From contig NC_043004.1 of the NCBI RefSeq assembly GCF_006345805.1, positions 5,084,001 through 5,148,000 of the forward strand: a stretch of DNA of 64,000 bases, read 5' to 3'. The notes under the pieces were generated by a model. That model searched no databases, had not been told where the DNA came from, and was given only the letters and a program-made list of their open reading frames with translations. Shown in pieces: positions 14,070-26,674 of this stretch (position 1 is the stretch's first letter; the number at the start of each line of letters is the position of its first letter). This DNA comes from Octopus sinensis (Eukaryota). The position numbers and the translations under genes are program-made.

Positions 14070-14586
14070 CTTAAAATCAAAATCAATTCGATGACTGGCA
14101 TCCGTGCTAGTGGGGTGCAAAGAGCACCATATGAGTGTGATCATTGACAGAGCGGCTATTCGAATGTGGTCGTTACCAGCGTCGCCTTACTGGCACTTAT
14201 GCCTGTGCTAGTAGTGTGCCAAGAGCACCATCCAAGCGTGATCGTTGCCAGAGCAGCCAACTGGCTTCCATACCTGTGGCATGTAAAAGGGGGCCATTCG
14301 AGCGTGATCGTTACCAACATCGCTTCACTGGCACCTGTGCCGGTGGCATGTGTAAAAAGATTCAAGTGAGGTCATTGCCAGTACCGCCTGACTGGACCCC
14401 ATGCCGGTGGCACGTAAAAAGCACCCACTACACTCTCGGAGTGGTTGGCGTTAGGAAGGTCATCCAACTGTAGAAACTCTGCCAGATCAAGATTGGAGCC
14501 TGGTGCAGCCATCTGGTTCACCAGCCCTCAGTCAAAATCGTCCAACCCATGCTAGCATGGAAAGCGGACGTTAAATGATGATGATT
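14070..14586 (+). mobile_element. RTE-type 3' UTR/tail copy
   Basis: Same tail as 24900-25072; further copies at ~18180-18550(-), 21238-21760(-), 37490-37960(+), 39050-39300(+), 41515-41790(-), 43610-44080(+), 44140-44445(-), 59790-60095(+). Confidence 0.8.
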
Positions 14587-15134
14587 GGGTGAGAGAGCAG
14601 TGCATGCTATCAAAGTGACACTGGGGTAAAATATTATTATTATTATTATATTATTATTATTATTATTATATAAAGGTGGCGACCTGGCAGAAACGTTAGC
14701 ATGTCGGACGAAATGCTTAGCAGTATTTCGTCTGCCGTTACATTGTGAGTTCAAATTCCACCGAGGTCGACTTTGCCTTTCATCCTTTCAGGATCGATAA
14801 ATTAAGTACCGGTTACGCACTGGGGTCGATGTAATCAACTTAATCTGTTTGTCTGTCCTTGTTTGTCCCCTCTGTGCTTAGCCCCTTGTGGGTAGTAAAG
14901 AAATAAGTATTTCACTTGTCGCTATGTTCTGAGTTCAAATTCCACCAAGGTCAACTTTTCCTTTCATCCTTTCAAAATATGTACCAATTGAACACTAGGG
15001 TCGATGTAATTGATTCATCCCCTCCCCAAAAATTGCTGCCCTTGTGGCAAAATCTGAAACCACCACCACCACCACCACCATCACCATCACCATCATCATC
15101 ATCATTATCATCATCATCATCATTATTATTATTA

Positions 15135-15177
<43 letters not shown>

Positions 15178-15543
15178 TATTAAGGTGGTGAGCTGGCAGA
15201 ATCATTAGCATGCCAGACAAAATACTTGCCAGTATTTCATCCATCTTTACGTTCTGAGTTCAAATTCCACTGAGGTTGACTTTGCTTTTTATCCTTTCAA
15301 GGTTGATGAAGTAAGTGCCAGTCAAACACTGGAATTGATGTAATCAACCAGTCCCCACCCCCAGAACTTCAGGCCTTGTGCATATAGTACAAAGGATTGA
15401 TAATGATGATGATGAGGAGGACTACCACTGAGACAGAAATCTACATTCTAAGTTCAAATCCCATCCCAGCAAACTTTACGTTTCATCCTTCAGAGTCAAT
15501 AAAATAGGTATCAAGCTAGTACTAGGCACTAGTACCAGACTAG

Positions 15544-15582
<39 letters not shown>

Positions 15583-17043
15583 CAGCCCTATTCCCCATGT
15601 TTTTTAGGAGTGGGTAGCCACAACAAGACTCCCACCAGACATTCTATTCATTTCCCAGCTCAAAGAGGCAAGCCCCATTCTATGCTGGATCAAGACATAG
15701 AACACAACCCCCAATATCAGCAGCGGGGCCCAACAGCAAATGCTTGTTTGCCCCTGCCGTATCATGCTGGTTCCATACCCCTTTGAGCAACATCACTCAT
15801 GTGCCCACAAACAATCTCCAAGCTTTCCTATCATTTATAAATTCTCTTGCCTCTTTCATTCCAAAGCTTTCTTCACTCCATCACACCAACCAAAGCCTTC
15901 AAACATCTCATCTCAAACACATCTAGTCGCCTCTACCAGACTAGCACCCTCTGAATAAATCTTGGCATTCTATATAGCGTTAGTGGTAAGCAAGAGCAAC
16001 AATGTTCTCTGAGAAACTGGGCATCAACAAAAATAAACTCACTGGACTGTTCCAAAGGACTTTTGAACCTGGTACCCCTGGATAAATTTCAGATGGTGGT
16101 GAGGGAGGATATTAATGGTTCAAGATAAATTCTACAGGCATAGAAGTTCCATCAGCTAGGCCTGTCCAGGATACCTACTGGTGTCCAAGCATTGCTGTCT
16201 TACGGAGTTATGAGAAACACCTGCAGTGTTTATCTGCCAGGTGGCTTCAGCAAAAGAGGTCGTGTTGGGCCAGATTGAAAGGGCTGAAAACAAAGACCTT
16301 TTTCTTTGGCTAAACCCTCATCTACATTTTCAAACTTCTCTTGAAAAGGAAAGTGAGGGTAGAGAGGGAATTGTTGCTTTAACACAGTCGGTAAAAGGTG
16401 GATGAGTGTTGAGAATGATCTGTGTGAACAGGCCTGTTCTGAGTGTGCACCAATGGATGGAAGAAGAATAACAGGGAAAGAGAACTTGACTTAGTGATCA
16501 AGGTGGTTTTGTGGGATTTCCATGAGTAGGAGGTTTCCCCTTTTGGAGAATCATTCTTTATTTGGAATTTATTGTTTCTTTGTAACTGTTATCCTCCATT
16601 TTACATAGTCTTTTTATATAAGCCCCGTGCCATTAGCAATGTTTTTGTTAGCCCATCATCATTAATAAAAAAAAAACATCATCATCAAGGCAACAAGCAG
16701 AAAGAATCTGTTTCATTCCTGACAAAATGCTGTTAACCATTTTGTCCATCTTTACATTCTGAGTTCAAAAGTCACCAATGTCAACTTTGCCTTTCATCTG
16801 TTCAGGATTGATAAACTAAGCACTAGTTGAGTTCTAGGGAGCAATTCACTAACTTGCTCCCCAAAAATTTCAGGCCTTGTGCCTATAGTAGGAAGGATCG
16901 TCGTTGTCGTTATCATCATCATCATGTTTTATGCCAGTTTTACCATAGCAGTAAAGGTTGGATGTATCTATATAACATTTGGTATAATCATAAACAGGGC
17001 AAATTTTAACCATTTCTCCACAGACTGAAAAAATGATGAACAA

Positions 17044-17087
17044 CCTTAATTGATTTTCAAACCTTATTGAGTTCTCATCAGAGGCGT
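17044..17087 (-). ncRNA. Hammerhead ribozyme-like motif
   Basis: CCU CUGAUGA GAAC-loop-GUUU GAAA AUCAA UUA AGG; short stems I, II and III can all form. Confidence 0.5.
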
Positions 17088-18030
17088 CTACATCATTCTG
17101 ACAGTCTCCAGTCTATAGTATCTCCCATTCATCATGTTCCTTTATTATGTGGCACATACAGCAAGAAAACCAATGAATTTTGCTGTTGCCTATGTTCTAG
17201 GAGGCTTTTTGTTCATTTGTTTGTCTGTTTTTTATTGAAATGATTGGATATTCTTCCATTCACCAACCACCTTACAACATTGATTTGGTGCATTTTATTG
17301 CATCATATTTGCTACAGATGTTCTCTGCAACAAGAACAAAGACTCTTCTCTACTCCAATCCAGTTTTTTTTTTTAATTACTACCAGTAGCATGCTAGGTA
17401 ACGTAGCTACTGGTGGGATTTGGGTATAGAAGCAGTCTGCCTTGGGTGACAACATTATGGGGACTGGCACTTTTGGGTTTGCTGTATAAGACTGTATAGG
17501 GGTGGTGGGAGGAGTAAACTCAAGGGCAGCTCCAGGCAACATACACTCTAAGTCATGCCACCGATTACTGTTGTTCGAGACTAGCTGCCTGCAATGTGGC
17601 TTGTGGAGTCAATATTTCCTCTGATCATTCTTGAAATGTTCACAGAAAAGAATAAGGTCAAAGTAGCTTCTACAAATTTTGGGGCTTTTTTTTTTCTTTG
17701 TCATTAGCATGTCTGGGTGCTTAAGAAGCTCACAATGTAACCACTGCACAGAACCTCTCCTACTATAGTCCTGTGCCGACCAATGTCATCTGAGTAAATT
17801 TGATAGATGGAAATTGTGTGGAAACCCATTGTATATCATCATCATTTCGAGCATTGAATGACAATATGAGTCTTCGAAGACAGTTGCTCCCATAAGTATC
17901 AAAATAAAATTTGGAATTTATGGAGGGTCAAAGTTGGGAGCAAAAACAGGACAGTGGATATATATATATATATATATATATATACATTATTTACATTGGA
18001 CGGATATGTGTCCTCATCTTGTTTGTTGTT

Positions 18031-18075
18031 GCCACAACGTTTCAGCTGATTTACTCTCCAGCTTCATCAGGTGTC
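18031..18075 (-). ncRNA. Minimal hammerhead ribozyme-like motif
   Basis: GACAC CUGAUGA AGCUG-loop-CAGCU GAAAC GUU GUG: intact core boxes, 5-bp stem II, short stem I. Confidence 0.65.
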
Positions 18076-18147
18076 CTGGTAGAATTTTGGACCTTAGGAA
18101 TGAGAATGTAAAGAATTCCTCATCTCTAAAATACAAAACAGTAATAA

Positions 18148-18179
<32 letters not shown>

Positions 18180-18550
18180 CATCATCATCATCGTTTAGCG
18201 TCCGCTTTCCATGCTAGCATGGGTTGGACGGTTCAACTGGGGTCTGGGGAGCCCGAAGGCTGCACCAGGCCAGTCAGATCTGGCAGTGTTTCTACAGCTG
18301 GATGCCCTTCCTAATGCCAACCACTCCGAGAGTGTAGTGGGTGATTTTATGTGCCACCGACACAGGTGCCAGACGAGGCTGGCGAACGGCCACAATTGGA
18401 TGGTGTTTGTTACATGCCCACAGCACGGAGGCCAGTCGATGCGGTACTGGCTACAGCCACGTTTGGATGGTTTTCTTATGTGCCACCGGCACTGGTACCA
18501 CAAAGATACAAATTCCATTGATGTTCATCTATTTTGATTTGGTTTGATTT

Positions 18551-18618
<68 letters not shown>

Positions 18619-19328
18619 GTGTATATATATACAATAGTAACAATCTCTTTTTGGCTCGCAATGTACAAAGCAAACTTGCTAGTGACAGTGCTACAATAAA
18701 GTGCACACCTTGTAGGAAGGATATGAACAATATGAAGCCATACTAGCCATGCTAAAATAAAATATGACGAGCATATGTATACATATATAGTAACATCTAG
18801 GAAAGGTTGTAACAAAACACAAGAGAACACTGACAACAAAAAGGCCTATAATTTATTTCATAATTCAGATAAGGAAGTGAAAATATCCTATCTATTGCTG
18901 CATCTTTAGTGTCTTCATCTACACAATGTCTCAACCAATTTAATATCCAATTATCAGGAGTCCTATTCTTGGGTATATACATTGTCCCTGTTCACTTTTG
19001 AAGAGTAAAGGTGTCATTTCACTGTTCTTTGTATATCTCAACCAAGCTGCAAGTATTGAATCTCTGGAGTTATGGCTTGAAACTGAACTTGAAATTCTTG
19101 GCTCAGTAACCACAATGGTAATAAGTTCCTTTGGTAGGTAAATGCCTGCCCAATCTCCCCACATTATGAACAGCTTATAGAAATCATCATCATCATCATT
19201 TAACATCTGTTTTCCATGCTGGTATGGGTTACATGATTTGACAAGGAGCTGGCCAGCCAGAGAACCACAGGCACGACTTTTACAGCTGGATGCCCTTCCT
19301 AATGCCAACCACTTCGTGCGTTTCCTGT

Positions 19329-19818
19329 GACACCAGCACAGTACTTTGTATGTGAAACCAGCAAGGGTGCTGTTTACATGACACTAACAGATGTGCTTTT
19401 TACATGGCACCAGTATGGGTGCTTTTTACATGGCACTAGCATGGGTGCTTTTCATGTGGCACCAGCATGGGTGCTTTTCATGTGGAACCAGCATGGGTGC
19501 TTTTTATGTGGCACCAGCATGGTGCTTCTTACATGGCACCAGCATGGGTGCTTTTTACATGGCATCAGCACAGTACTTTGTATGTGGCACCAGCATGGTG
19601 CTTTTTATGTGGTACTAGCATGGGTGCTTTTTACATGGCACCAGCATGGGTGCTTTTCATGTGGCACCAGCATGGGTGCTTTTCATGTGGCACCAGCATG
19701 GGTGCTTTTCACATGGCACCAGTATGGGTGCTTTTTATGTGGCACCAGCATGGGTGTTTTTTATGTGGCACCAGCATGGGTGCTATTTATATGGTGCTTT
19801 TTACATGACACCAGCACA
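19329..19818. repeat. 26-bp tandem minisatellite (~19 units)
   Basis: Unit GGCACCAGCATGGGTGCTTTTYATGT; the 26-aa periodicity of the ORF translations confirms the period. Confidence 0.92.
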
Positions 19819-21540
19819 TGTCAATATAATTATTAGTGAAGTGATAAAATGGGTTGAACTCTGGATGAAATACCTTTCAATACTTACTTCCGTTGTTCCA
19901 GACTTTAAATTGCAAGCCTACTAGAGCCAACTTCACCTTTCACCTTTTCAGAGGCAATAAAAATATTACTGAATATATATACAGAAAGCAATTCACATAG
20001 TTGTGGCCTGCTGCTAATGTCACAAATCATTATTATGAATTTATGAAGGACTTTAAAGCAGCTGAAACAGTCAAGTGCTAAAACTCTTCCCCTATATCAG
20101 TGTGAATTTCTATTCTACTCCCACCCTCCATAATTTATGGCTTAATCAAAGGACAACATCTATAACAATTTTTAGAGGGTCTGTGAGACTTTTAGAGCAA
20201 AACAGGAATAAAGAAACCATAACTCAAAAGATATTACTGAAGCAAGTAGTAGTGACATAGCTAGAGAGTGTGCCATCCAGGGTGGCACTTTAGTTTGCTC
20301 TAACTGCCGGGTGCCCAAGCCTAAATTGGTTTATACAGCTGACACAAAATTGTAGCCTCCATAAAAGTACTGCCTGAGGCAGCCCATCCTCTGTACCACT
20401 GGAAAGCAGTATTTCAAGTTCCTGATACATTATGGGGGTGTGTACAAACTAATACCAGTCATCAACTAATGGGGTGGTGATAAACACAAAGACATATACA
20501 TACATGTATATATACATTCCGAACCACAATACCCTGTATGCAACTAGCTACAGATAAATAACGAAATGTATTATAATCACACTAAGTGTAACTAAGTTTA
20601 TTAAGCGAAGTGCCTTTTTAAAAATCACCTGATGAGACACATCTACACCAAATAATGCACCACAACCGTTTGTACAACATCTCATCAGCAAAGGACCAAT
20701 GCAAGTTTCATCTACTGTAGCCTCAAGCTGACCAAAGCCTTATGAGTGGATTTAGTAGATGGAAACTGAAAGAAGCCCATCATATATATATATAATATAT
20801 ATGTGTGTGTGTATGTATATATATATATGTATGTATTTATGTGTGTCTTTGTATCTATGTTTGTGCCCCCACCATTGCTTGACAATTGATGTTGGTGTGT
20901 TTATGTCTCCCGTAACCTAGTAGTTTAGTAAAAGAAACTGATAGAATAAGTGTTAGGCTTACGATGGGTCAAAACAATCATAGTGATTAATAAGGAATTT
21001 CATGAATTCCATTTTCTCTTTCTTTCATTTGTTATATACTCAACGGACATGAAAGAATCCCTGAAGTAAATCCAGTGACACTTATATCCACACTGTTGAT
21101 GACATCAGGTAGCCACAGACAGTGAACATCCTTTAAATAGCATATTACCAGGTGAGTACTCAAATTTAAAATAATTACTTTACCCTGGGTACATCCATAG
21201 CTTAAGATGTACCCAGTGTAAGCAGGTGCAGCAACATCATCATCATCGTCATCATCGTTTAGCGTCCGTTTTCCATGCTAGCATGGGTTGGACGGTTCTA
21301 CTGGGGTCTGTGAAGCCAGAAGGCTTCATCAGGCCCAGTCAAATCTGGCAGTGTTTCTACGGCTGGATGCCCTTCCTAATGCCAACCACTCCGTGAGTGT
21401 AGTGGGTGCTTTTTACGTGCCACCCGCACAGGTGCCAGACAGAGCTGGCAAACAGCCACGAATGGATGGTGCTTTTTATGTGCCACCGGCACAAAGGCCA
21501 GGCGGTGCTGGCAACGGTCGCGAAACGGAAGGATCTCTTA

Positions 21541-21733
21541 CATGCCACCGGCACTGGTAACACATCTGCAATTTCCATTGATCGATTTCGATTCTGATCC
21601 TCACTTGCCTCAACGGGTCTTCACAAGTAGAGTTTCGACATGCCACCGGCACTGGTAACACATCTGCAATTTCCATTGATCGATTTTGATTCTGATCCTC
21701 ACTTGCCACAACAGGTCTTCACAAGTAGAGTTT
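21541..21733. repeat. Tandem duplication (~98-bp period) inside an RTE 3' UTR copy
   Basis: CATGCCACCGGCACTGGTAACACATCTGCAATTTCCATTGATCG...CACAAGTAGAGTTT occurs twice. Confidence 0.9.
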
Positions 21734-21759
21734 TGTGTCCCAAGAAGGGAAGGTATGCA

Positions 21760-22011
21760 TCAAAGGAAAATTAACCGAGATGATAGCTTCTGTGTATGGC
21801 AGATGCATCACTCCAGGGGAAGAAAACGAGGTAATTTCCTCTGGAAGCCATCTGTTCACGATACCAGAGGGCACACACTCTCCTACCCTGATGTAATCTC
21901 CAGGGATACAGGCATCCAGCAACAGGACCTCCGTAATGCTATGATGGACCGTGAAGTCTGGTGTAACAGTAAATTCCATTGTCTCAACCATAGTCGAACA
22001 ATGATGATAAT
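21760..22011 (+). mobile_element. 3' fragment of a second RTE family
   Basis: LWKPS..RGHTLSYPDVISRDTG..DLRNAMMDREVW followed by a TGA-repeat tail. Confidence 0.65.
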
Positions 22012-22800
22012 GAGGGGGAGAAACTAGAAGTAGTTGATAGTTTCCGCTACCTGGGTGACCAAGTTAGTAGTGGAGGTGGATGCTCAGAGAGTGTCACCAC
22101 TAGAATACAAATAGCCTGGGCAAAGTTTAGAAAGCTTCTACCCCTACTGGTGACAAAGGGTTCCTCACTCAGAGCGAAAGGTAGATTGTACGACGCATGT
22201 GTGCGAACTGCTGTGATTCATGGTAGTGAAACATGGGCTGTGACTGCAGATGACATGCGTAGGTTTGAAAGAAATGAAGCTAGCATGATCCACCGGATGT
22301 GTAATGTCAGTGTGCACACACGACAGAGTGTAAGTGCCCTGAGAGAAATGCTGGACATAAGAAACATTGGATGTGGTGTGCAAGAGAGACGTCTGCGCTG
22401 GTATGGTCATGTACTATGGATGGATGAGGAGAGATGTGTGAAGAAGTGCCACTCCCAAACAGTTGACGGTATCTGGGGGAGAGGTAGACCCAAGAAGACA
22501 TGGGATGAGGTGGTCAAGCAGGACCTTCGAACGCTGGGCCTCACAAAGGCAATGAGGAAAGACCAAGATCTCTGGAGGTATGCTGTGACTGCAAAGACCC
22601 AACAAATAACGTGAGTTCATGGCTGTTTCCTGCACCGGTTTTACATAGCAGCCCCAGCCCATCCAAAGTACCTTGGATTGCAGAACAACGTGCTGTACTT
22701 ACCTTGGATCGTAGGGTGACCTGCGAACATGCACCATCTGAACATGGCCGATGCCAGCGCTGCCTTGACTGGTTTCCGTGCTGGTGGCACGTACACACAT
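22012..22800 (+). mobile_element. RTE-clade LINE 3' fragment (post-RT ORF plus start of 3' UTR)
   Basis: FRYLG, HGSETW, RRLRWYGHV, GRGRPKKTW motifs. Confidence 0.9.
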
Positions 22801-23939
22801 AGATATATGTGGCTGTGTAGTAAGAAGCTTGCTTCCCAACCACATGGTTCCAGGTTCAGTCCCACTATGTGGCATCTTGGGCAAATGTCTTCTACTATTG
22901 CCTCAGGACAACCAAAGCCTTGTGAGTTGATTTGGTTGACGGAAACTGAAAGAAGCTCATCATATATATATATATATATTGATGATGATATATATATATA
23001 TATATATGTATATGTATATGTATATATGTATGTATGTGTTTGTTTGTCCCCACCACCACCACCACCACCATCGCTTGACAACCAATAGAATAAGTACTTG
23101 GCTTACAAAGAATAAGTCCTGGGGTAGATTTATTCGACTAAAGGTGGTGCTCCAGCATGGCCGCAGTCAGATGACTGAAACAAGTAAAAGAATATATATA
23201 TATACACACAATGGGCTTCTTTCAGTTCCCATCTATCAAATCCACTCACAAAACTTTGGTCAGCCTAAGGTCATCGTAGATGACACTTGCCCAAGGTATC
23301 ACACAATGGGACTGAACCTGCAACCATGTGGTTGGGAAGCAAGCTTCTTACTGCACAGCCATGCCTGCATCTATATAATACATACAATAGAAATAAAAAC
23401 AAAATTGCATATTCACAAGTAACGTTTTTTTTTAAAAACATTAACACACACATTTAAATAAATTAATGTTGATATGCTGAGTCAACTAACAATCACTCAA
23501 TCAGTTAAGATTTAATTCCTTTTTAGATTAATTTTTTGCCTTGATGAAATATTCAATTCACTATATTCAAATTACATCTTTAATTATTTGTAATTTGAAT
23601 TGAATTGAATATAGAAACAATTGTAGGTTGCACGAATTTGATATTATGCTAATAAATTGATGTCTATCTGTCGATCTCTCCATTTTCTTCTTATATATAC
23701 TCTTTTGTATTGTAGAGAAGCTAACATCTTTGTAGTATTTCACTGTTATACAGGATATAACCGGGGAACGGGGAACTTGGATGCTAACATCCCTTCAAGA
23801 GGTATCTATATCCTCACAATAACAAGTATATATATATATATATATATAGCAGCAAAAATTACTTTTTTCCCACTAGGCCACTGGTGGCAAATAATTTTCT
23901 GCTAAATTTTTTGCCACCCTATATTGATTAATATATATA

Positions 23940-23983
<44 letters not shown>

Positions 23984-24159
23984 GGCTTTAGGAAGAGAAT
24001 TCAATGGTGGAAACCAAGCCAAAAACATACCTTAGAACCTGGGATGTAACCCCTGACTTAGCCAGTATCTGTCAAGCCAGCCAACCCATGCCAACATGGA
24101 AAACATATATTAAATGATGATGATGATGAGGATGATATATGTGTGTGTGTGTGTGTGTG

Positions 24160-25072
24160 CAATTGAGACGACTGCGCTGGTATGGTCATGTGTTGCAAAT
24201 GAATGAAGACAGCTGTGTGAAAAAGTGTCACATCCTAGCAGTTGAGGGAACCTGTGGAAGAGATAGACTCAGGAAAACCTAGGGTGAGGTGGTGAAGCAC
24301 GACCTTCGAACATTGGGCCTTACTGAGGCAATGAGTAGTGACCGAGACCTTTGGAGATATGCTGTGCTTGAGAAGACCCGACAAGCCAAGTAAGACCATA
24401 GCCCATGGCCTATGCCAGTTGGTGTAACTAGCCCACTTATGAATACCCCTCATTCATTGGACACTTATGCCAGTGGAACGTTAAAAGCACATCTGAACGT
24501 GGGGTGTAACCAGCCCACTTATGAGTACCCCTCATTCATCGGACAATGAACTTTGCTTGTGAAGACCTATTGAGGCATGTGTAAACAAATCAAAATTACT
24601 GACGTGGCTGATGACAGTACTGCCTGATTGGCACTCGTGCCAGTTGAACATTAAAAGCACATCCGAGTGTGATTGTTGCCAGGGCCAAGGATTGGCTCCC
24701 ATGCTGGTGACATGTGAAAGCACCATTTGAGTGTGATCATTGCCAGCATTGCCTTATCGGCACATGAAAAACAACATTCGAGTGTGGTCGTTGCCAGTGC
24801 TGCCAGACTAGCTCTCATGTAGGTAGCACGTAAAAAGCACCAACTGATCATGGTCATTGCCAGCCTCCTCTAGCCCTTGTGCCAGTGGCACGTAAAAAGC
24901 ACCCACTTCACTCTTGGAATGGTTGGTGTTAGGAAGGGCATCGAGCTGTAGAAACGTTGCCAGATCAGATTGGAGCCTGGTGCAGCCTCCTGGCTCACCA
25001 GTCCTCAGTCAAACCGTCCAACCCATGCCAGCATGGAAAGCGGATGTTAAACAATGATGATGATGATGATGA
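24160..25072 (+). mobile_element. RTE LINE 3' end with modular 3' UTR and (GAT)n tail
   Basis: Homologous to 22385-22600 (RLRWYGHV), followed by hairpin-unit repeats and the tail GTTAGGAAGGGCATC...CCCATGCCAGCATGGAAAGCGGATGTTAAA(TGA)n. Confidence 0.85.
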
Positions 25073-25249
25073 TATATAATTGAAATTTACAGAAAAACAA
25101 AAGATGAAGACAGGTGTATAAACAACAAGCAGGTGTATTAGTTTGACGCTCAGAAAAGTGAGAAACTCTTTTACGTTTCAAGCCTACGCTCTTCAACAGA
25201 AAGGAACCATATATATAAATATGTATGTATGTATGTGTGTGTGTGTGTG

Positions 25250-25298
<49 letters not shown>

Positions 25299-25870
25299 AC
25301 AGGCTTCCATGCAGTTTCTGTCTACCAAATTAACTCACAAAACATTCGTTGGTCCAGGGGTATAATAGAAAACACTTGCCCAAGGTGTCATGCAGTGGGA
25401 CTGAACCTAAAACCACAGGGGTTACAATGTGTGCTTCTTAACCACACACCCATGCCTGTACTTATAGCATACTAATTTGATTTCTCAAACTTTTACTGGT
25501 ATTAGTTTGTTTAGCAACCATGGAAATTCCTATTGACATTGTGCTATGACCAGCATAGTTGTCTTACAATGACATTTTAATGTCTTGTTGCTGTTAAATT
25601 GGCATATTGTGATTGTAACAGAAATTATATTCCACAACACATAAAAACAGGACAGGCTCACACACACACACACACACAGACAAGAACAAGCACGCACACA
25701 CACAGAGGCACAGACAAGAACAAGCACGTACACACAGACAGAGGAACAAGCACACACGCAAATACAACCCACTAGCTTTCTTCTCCTCCCATTTTGTCAA
25801 CAAAAAAACCCAAAACAATTCACCACCTTGGGCTGAAAAGTTAGTGGGTGGGGGGCGCTGAGAAACCTCC

Positions 25871-26674
25871 CTAATGGCTATTGAGACACACCAGCATGCT
25901 TGCAGCGTTGCCACAAGTGATGGTGAGGCTGATGTGCTGGAACAGCCAAGTGCCCTCATGAGCCTCACCGGTTACCTCTGCAAGGCGAGTTGCCAGTGAA
26001 GACAGGAATCCCACAGTAAATGGTCCAACCCAACCAAACGTCTCCAACACCACAGGATGGAAAATGTAGCTGGCCGACAGATTGTGGTATTTCAGGATTT
26101 TGTTCCACTCAGCCACAGAAGCTCTGGATCTCGCCCTGACCGCAGCATCCAGGATGCGAGAAGCAAAGGAGTTGTTAACTGTGACATCCCAGACAAAGCA
26201 TCTACCTTGCAACCAGGGGCACAGGGTGAGGCCATCAGGTCTCTTCCCATCACATCTGGATCCAGATGGTTCCAAGATGAAGGGGATATTTGCCTGGGCC
26301 AAGCTCTTCTTGAGTATCAGTTTCAACTCTGTATGACACACGAAGCAACCAGCATTCATGCGGAAAGAAAGGCCATGGAGGCCTGTGGAGTCAAGGAGCC
26401 TGTCACAATGACATATCAAACTCGTGCATACGTCAGCTCCCAATCTGAGGGCAATGGAGACACGAAGTTCGTCCAAGCTGAGCAGGCCACCAACATTAGC
26501 CACAGGGATGGCATCAATCCAGTCACCTGAGTATCTGGCGCTAGCAGACAGTAAGCAGCACCTTGAAAACTGGTCCAACTGGATAAAGAGGGAGTCGTAG
26601 GTGGCCTTCGAAATTATGTTGTCCCAAGCTCTCTGACTCTGACAGTCCACCTTTTCAGGAGCAGATAAGCCCAA
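25871..26674 (-). mobile_element. CRE-clade non-LTR retrotransposon 3' part (zinc knuckle remnant, restriction-like endonuclease)
   Basis: LRLG..CHC..HGLS, EP..DGKRPDG..W..G...WDVT, K..KY, F.P.V.ETFG, GNAA motifs typical of CRE-type RLE C-termini. Confidence 0.85.

Larger units (their letters stand above)
12485..15530 (+). mobile_element. Cluster of same-orientation copies of a second tRNA-derived SINE, separated by ATT/ATC/ACC microsatellites
   Basis: About eight full or partial copies of GGCAGAATCGTTAGCA...GAGTTCAAATTCC..GGTCGACTTTGCCTTTCATCC; reverse copies at ~1440-1640 and 30680-31090. Confidence 0.8.

Noticed and set aside
18797-19180. Protein-like minus-strand frames between repeats
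   Set aside because: No recognised motif or consistent splice signals; cannot be assigned without a search
19327-19924. Several long overlapping ORFs with WHQHG repeats
   Set aside because: Artefact of a stop-free 26-bp tandem unit
20628-20690. Inverted CTGATGAGA / TCTCATCAG pair
   Set aside because: Neither copy has a convincing stem II plus GAAA; at most a heavily decayed relic
26057-26530. 157-aa plus-strand ORF
   Set aside because: Antisense shadow of the CRE retrotransposon frame
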